Source of the DNA: Trueperaceae bacterium
GTDB lineage: Bacteria > Deinococcota > Deinococci > Deinococcales > Trueperaceae
DNA: 64,000 nt
Assembly (NCBI GenBank): GCA_965215565.1
Contig: CBDCDZ010000004.1
Location: forward strand, 1,824,001 to 1,888,000
Direction: 5' to 3'
Below the pieces are notes generated by a model that saw nothing but the letters and a program-made list of their open reading frames with translations, had not been told where the DNA came from and ran no database searches. A program made the position numbers and the translations under genes. Positions 60,216-64,000 of the stretch are shown here, piece by piece (within the stretch, counting starts at the first letter, position 1; each line of letters opens with the position of its first letter).

Positions 60216-63191
60216 GTGATTCGTGATTACGGAAAAAAGGTTCCACTATATGTCAATGGTCAGCGTGTCGAGGCGCAAGAGGGTGAACCTCTGGTGGAGG
60301 TCTTAAACAGAGTCGGGCAAGACATCGCGCACGTGTGCTATCACCCTGCCTTGGGTCCGATTCAGACCTGCGACACTTGTATGGTGGACGTGAACGGCAG
60401 TTTGGAGCGCTCCTGCGCGACTAAGGTCAGCGAAGGCTTGCGCGTCAACACGGAGACCTCAACTGCTCAGGACGCGCGGCAGGAGGGGATGCAGCGCATT
60501 CTCGGCAACCACGAACTCTACTGCACCATCTGCGACTACAACAACGGCGACTGCGCCGTACACAACGCGACGAAGTCGTTAGGCATCGAACACCAGAAGT
60601 ACGAATACACTTCTAAGCCTTACGAGCTAGACGACTCCAACCCCTTCTACCAGTATGACCCCGATCAGTGCATCCTCTGCGGGCGCTGCGTGCAGGCGTG
60701 CCAGAACGTGCAGGTGACAGAAACGCTCTCCATCGACTGGGAGGCGGAGCACCCGCGCGTCTTGTGGGACGGCGGCTCCGCCATTGACGACTCCTCGTGC
60801 GTCTCGTGCGGGCACTGCATCACGGTCTGCCCCTGCAACGCCTTGATGGAGAAGACGATGGTCGGTGAAGCGGGTCACTTTACGGGCAAGGATGTGCCGC
60901 AGAGCGTACGCCGCCCCGCCATCGAACTCGTCAAATCGTTTGAGCCCTACACGGGCTACGGTCCCATCATGGCGCTCTCCGACGCGGAGGCGGCGATGCG
61001 CGAGGCGGATGTCAAGAAGACCAAAACGGTCTGTACCTACTGCGGCGTCGGCTGCTCCTTCGATGTCTGGACAAAGGGGCGCACAATTCTCAAGGTGGAC
61101 CCGCAGTTCGAAGCGCCCGCGAACAGCATCTCTACTTGCATCAAGGGCAAGTTCGGTTGGGACTATACGAACAGCCCCGACCGGCTGACGACGCCCCTCA
61201 TCCGCGAAGGCGACCGCTTTCGCGAGGCGAGCTGGGACGAGGCGCTAGACCTCATCGCGGAGCGCCTGGGCGACATCAAGGAGAAGAGCGGACCCCACAG
61301 TATTGGCGTGATCGGTTCCTCGAAGTGCACGAACGAGGAGTCGTACCTCACGCAGAAGTTCGCTCGAGCGATCATCGGCACGAACAACGTGGACAACTGC
61401 TCGCGCTACTGCCAGTCACCCGCGACGGTGGGCTTGTGGCGTACGGTGGGTTACGGCGGCGACGCAGGCTCGATCAAAGACATCGAGAAAGCCGCGCTCG
61501 TCTTCATCGTCGGCTCGAACACGGACGAGTCGCACCCCGTGCTCGCCACGCGCATCAAGAGTTCGCAGAAATTGCATGGGCAAAAGGTCATCGTTTCAGA
61601 CTTGCGCAAGCACACCATGGCGGAGCGGGCGGACATCTTCTTGCAGCCCAAACCGGGTACGGATCTTGTGTGGCTCTCCGCCGTGACGAAGTACATCCTG
61701 GACAACGATATGGCCCCCAAAGCGTTCCTGGACGAGTGGGTCAACGACGTTGAGGAGTATAAAGAGAGTTTAAGTTCGTTCACTTTAGAATTCGCCGAGC
61801 GCGTTACCGGATTGTCGCAAGACGTGCTCAAAGAGGTGGCCGAAGAGATTGCCAAGGCCGAGTCGGTCTGCGGGCTCTGGGCGATGGGCGTGACGCAGCA
61901 TACGGGCGGCTCAGACACCTCTACCGCAATTTCTAACCTGCTCGTCGCGACGGGCAACTATGGGCGTACAGGCACGGGCGGCTATCCGTTAAGAGGTCAT
62001 AACAACGTGCAGGGCGCGTCGGACTTTGGCTCCATCACCACCTTCTACACGGGCTACCAAGAGGTCAAAGACCCCGAAATTCGCGCGAAATTTGAACAAA
62101 GCTGGGGCGTCGAACTGCCCGAAGAGCCAGGGCTGAACAACTACGGTATGATCGACGAGATTCACGAGGGCAACCTCAAAGCGATGTATGTGATCGGCGA
62201 GGACTTAGGCATCGTGGACGCGAACGCCAACCACGTGCAGGACGCGCTCTCGCAGCTCGAGTTCTTCGTCGTCCAGGATTTGTTCATGAGCCGCACGGCG
62301 GAGTTTGCGGACGTGGTGCTGCCTGCGAGCCCCATCTTGGAGAAAGAGGGTACAGTCGTCAACACCGAGCGGCGCATTCAGCGGCTCTACAGAGCGTTGG
62401 AGCCCCTGGGTGACTCCCGCCCCGATTGGGAAGTATTGGTGGACCTCGCGGGGCGCATGGGTCAGGACTGGGGCTACACGCACCCGAGTCAAGTCATGGA
62501 CGAGATCGCCAGCCTGACGCCGCTGTTCGCAGGCGTGAGCTATGACCGGCTCGAGGGCTATGAGTCGCTCCAGTGGCCCGTCGCCGCCGACGGCACGGAC
62601 ACGCCGCTCCTCTACACCGAGCGCTTCGAGTTCGACGACGGCAAGGCGCGGCTCTTCCCCTTGGAGTGGATCGAGCCTTCGAACCAGCCCGACGACGAAT
62701 ATGATCTCCACCTCAATAACGGACGGATGTTGGAACATTTCCACGCGGGCAACATGACCTACGCCTCATCGGGCATCGCTGAAAAAGTGCCTGACACCTT
62801 TGTCGAGGTGGGTCCAGAGCTGGCTGAAGAGCGCGGCGTCGAGACCGGCGACTGGGTACGGCTAAGCTCGCCGCGCGGCTCGGTACGGGTGCGCGCTCTG
62901 GTCTCCGACCGGGTCCACGGCAACGAACTCTACATGCCGATGAACTCGCGCACCGAGCCCGTCAACGTGCTGACCTCGTCGGAAAAGGACCGTACCAGCG
63001 ACACGCCCGCATACAAAGAACTCGCCGTGAAGATGGAGAAGTTAGGCGATAAGGGCAAACCGCCCCTGCCAAGTTCCAACCCACGCTACGGCGATCCGAC
63101 ACCGCAGTACGGCGTTCAGGTCGAGCGTAAGTGGGAACGTGACGACTACGTCTACCCGACGCAAAACCGCCCGGAAGGGGGGAACCTCTGA
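60216..63191 (+). CDS. Formate dehydrogenase alpha subunit (Bacillus YjgC/YrhE-like, Cys-ligated)
   Basis: N-terminal 2Fe-2S and 4Fe-4S clusters, CTYCGVGC, NCSRYCQSPA and LRGHNNVQG. Confidence 0.93.
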   Translation: MIRDYGKKVPLYVNGQRVEAQEGEPLVEVLNRVGQDIAHVCYHPALGPIQTCDTCMVDVNGSLERSCATKVSEGLRVNTETSTAQDARQEGMQRILGNHELYCTICDYNNGDCAVHNATKSLGIEHQKYEYTSKPYELDDSNPFYQYDPDQCILCGRCVQACQNVQVTETLSIDWEAEHPRVLWDGGSAIDDSSCVSCGHCITVCPCNALMEKTMVGEAGHFTGKDVPQSVRRPAIELVKSFEPYTGYGPIMALSDAEAAMREADVKKTKTVCTYCGVGCSFDVWTKGRTILKVDPQFEAPANSISTCIKGKFGWDYTNSPDRLTTPLIREGDRFREASWDEALDLIAERLGDIKEKSGPHSIGVIGSSKCTNEESYLTQKFARAIIGTNNVDNCSRYCQSPATVGLWRTVGYGGDAGSIKDIEKAALVFIVGSNTDESHPVLATRIKSSQKLHGQKVIVSDLRKHTMAERADIFLQPKPGTDLVWLSAVTKYILDNDMAPKAFLDEWVNDVEEYKESLSSFTLEFAERVTGLSQDVLKEVAEEIAKAESVCGLWAMGVTQHTGGSDTSTAISNLLVATGNYGRTGTGGYPLRGHNNVQGASDFGSITTFYTGYQEVKDPEIRAKFEQSWGVELPEEPGLNNYGMIDEIHEGNLKAMYVIGEDLGIVDANANHVQDALSQLEFFVVQDLFMSRTAEFADVVLPASPILEKEGTVVNTERRIQRLYRALEPLGDSRPDWEVLVDLAGRMGQDWGYTHPSQVMDEIASLTPLFAGVSYDRLEGYESLQWPVAADGTDTPLLYTERFEFDDGKARLFPLEWIEPSNQPDDEYDLHLNNGRMLEHFHAGNMTYASSGIAEKVPDTFVEVGPELAEERGVETGDWVRLSSPRGSVRVRALVSDRVHGNELYMPMNSRTEPVNVLTSSEKDRTSDTPAYKELAVKMEKLGDKGKPPLPSSNPRYGDPTPQYGVQVERKWERDDYVYPTQNRPEGGNL

Positions 63192-63625
63192 TGGCGAAGG
63201 CGATCCAGTACAAATACGAGCCCTCGCCCCCGCCCGTCGATACGGCGCAAGACGACCTCGACAGGCTCGTAGGAACCTTGCACGAAGAGGGCATCTTCCG
63301 CATCCTTAACAGCGCCATCTCGCAGAAGAACGGTGTTTTAGAAGTCGCCCTAGATCAGCTCGATTCGAAGGGCGGGCGTAACCTGGTGGACAACGTCATG
63401 GTGCTCATCAAGGCGCTCACCGTGACCGACCCGGACGGCGCGCAAGCTTTTCTAGACGGCACGCAGAAGGGTTTAGTCAAGGCGCAAGAGAGCCTCAAGG
63501 ACGACCCGCCCGGCGTCACCGCGCTTTTAGCTAAGCTCTACGATAAAGAGGTGCGGCGCGGGCTTTATGCTGTTCTGAGTTTACTCGAGGGCTTGGGACA
63601 ACACCTTCACGAAGTTAAGAAATAG
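63191..63625 (+). CDS. DUF1641 (YjgD-like) protein
   Basis: MAKAI start and C-terminal LLAKLYDKEVRRGL...LG; coupled to the FDH stop codon. Confidence 0.85.
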   Translation: MAKAIQYKYEPSPPPVDTAQDDLDRLVGTLHEEGIFRILNSAISQKNGVLEVALDQLDSKGGRNLVDNVMVLIKALTVTDPDGAQAFLDGTQKGLVKAQESLKDDPPGVTALLAKLYDKEVRRGLYAVLSLLEGLGQHLHEVKK

Positions 63626-63632
63626 AGTTTTA

Positions 63633-63668
63633 GGAGAGGGCGAGACCGACAAACCTCTTGCCCTCTCC
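63633..63668. terminator. Hairpin after the formate dehydrogenase operon
   Basis: GGAGAGGGCGAGA/TCTTGCCCTCTCC stem. Confidence 0.55.
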
Positions 63669-63824
63669 GAATCTGTCCACTTCGTGTAGTCCAATCAGTG
63701 AAGTACCTTGCGCGTTCCCAGCAGCGTCATCGTTCAGAGGAACGGTGTTTCATACCTAAGTTTTATACACAACTGAAAAAGGATGACATGGAGTGCCATC
63801 CTCAAATCACTTCGTTAGTGTGCT

Positions 63825-64000
63825 TTAGCCCGGTAGTTGCGCCACCTCTTGCAGCGCCGCTGCCAAGCGCCGCCGCCACCTTGCAGTCTGGCGCGGATCG
63901 CACTGCAGCGCGTCGGCGTAGCACGCGAGCGTGTGGTGAAGCTTGTAGACTGATAGACGCAGCGTTTCCCAACGTGAAAGCGCCCCGTAGCCCCGCATGA
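63825..64000 (-). CDS. 3' end of a gene cut by the window edge; possibly aminoglycoside-phosphotransferase/kinase-like
   Basis: Open frame ...MRGYGALSRWETLRLSVYKLHHTL...QLPG*; the GYG...Y.L.H pattern resembles APH-family C-termini. Confidence 0.45.
   Translation of the reverse strand, partial: MRGYGALSRWETLRLSVYKLHHTLACYADALQCDPRQTARWRRRLAAALQEVAQLPG

Noticed and set aside
61400..61420. Selenocysteine recoding in formate dehydrogenase
   Set aside because: The active-site codon is TGC (Cys) and the ORF is uninterrupted
63698..64000. Plus-strand 100-aa ORF at the window end
   Set aside because: No RBS or motif, and it overlaps a more gene-like minus-strand C-terminus (63825 onward)

Overview
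A GC-rich (about 60%) bacterial chromosomal window, most consistent with a Deinococcota, probably Trueperaceae-like, genome. This placement is inferred from protein styles, Deinococcus-type intergenic repeats and many leaderless genes. Housekeeping and metabolic genes include uvrC, tyrS, pyrD, a citrate/methylcitrate synthase, a 2-oxoacid dehydrogenase E1a/E1b/E2 operon, mmsA, an acyl-CoA ligase, a thiolase and a sugar ABC transporter with a PfkB kinase. Energy modules include a complete alternative complex III operon ending in an ActG-like/cytochrome c fusion, a xanthorhodopsin-type DTE proton-pump rhodopsin, and a moaA-fdhD-OFA transporter-formate dehydrogenase-DUF1641 cluster. Accessory items are a Doc/AbrB toxin-antitoxin pair with an orphan antitoxin paralog, a low-GC Schlafen/AlbA_2 gene wedged between the acyl-CoA ligase and thiolase genes, and an old-yellow-enzyme pseudogene. 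The non-coding DNA is unusually structured. It holds about 9 copies of a TAGCAG...CTGCTA MITE-like element (one appears to have split a gene start and donated a new ATG), two SRE-like repeats, heptamer repeats, a riboswitch-like leader before the 2-oxoacid dehydrogenase operon, a candidate stand-alone sRNA, coupled 17-aa uORFs and an apparent CTCGAG excess. I recognised no rRNA, tRNA, CRISPR array or transposase. All calls are by eye, with no database searches.
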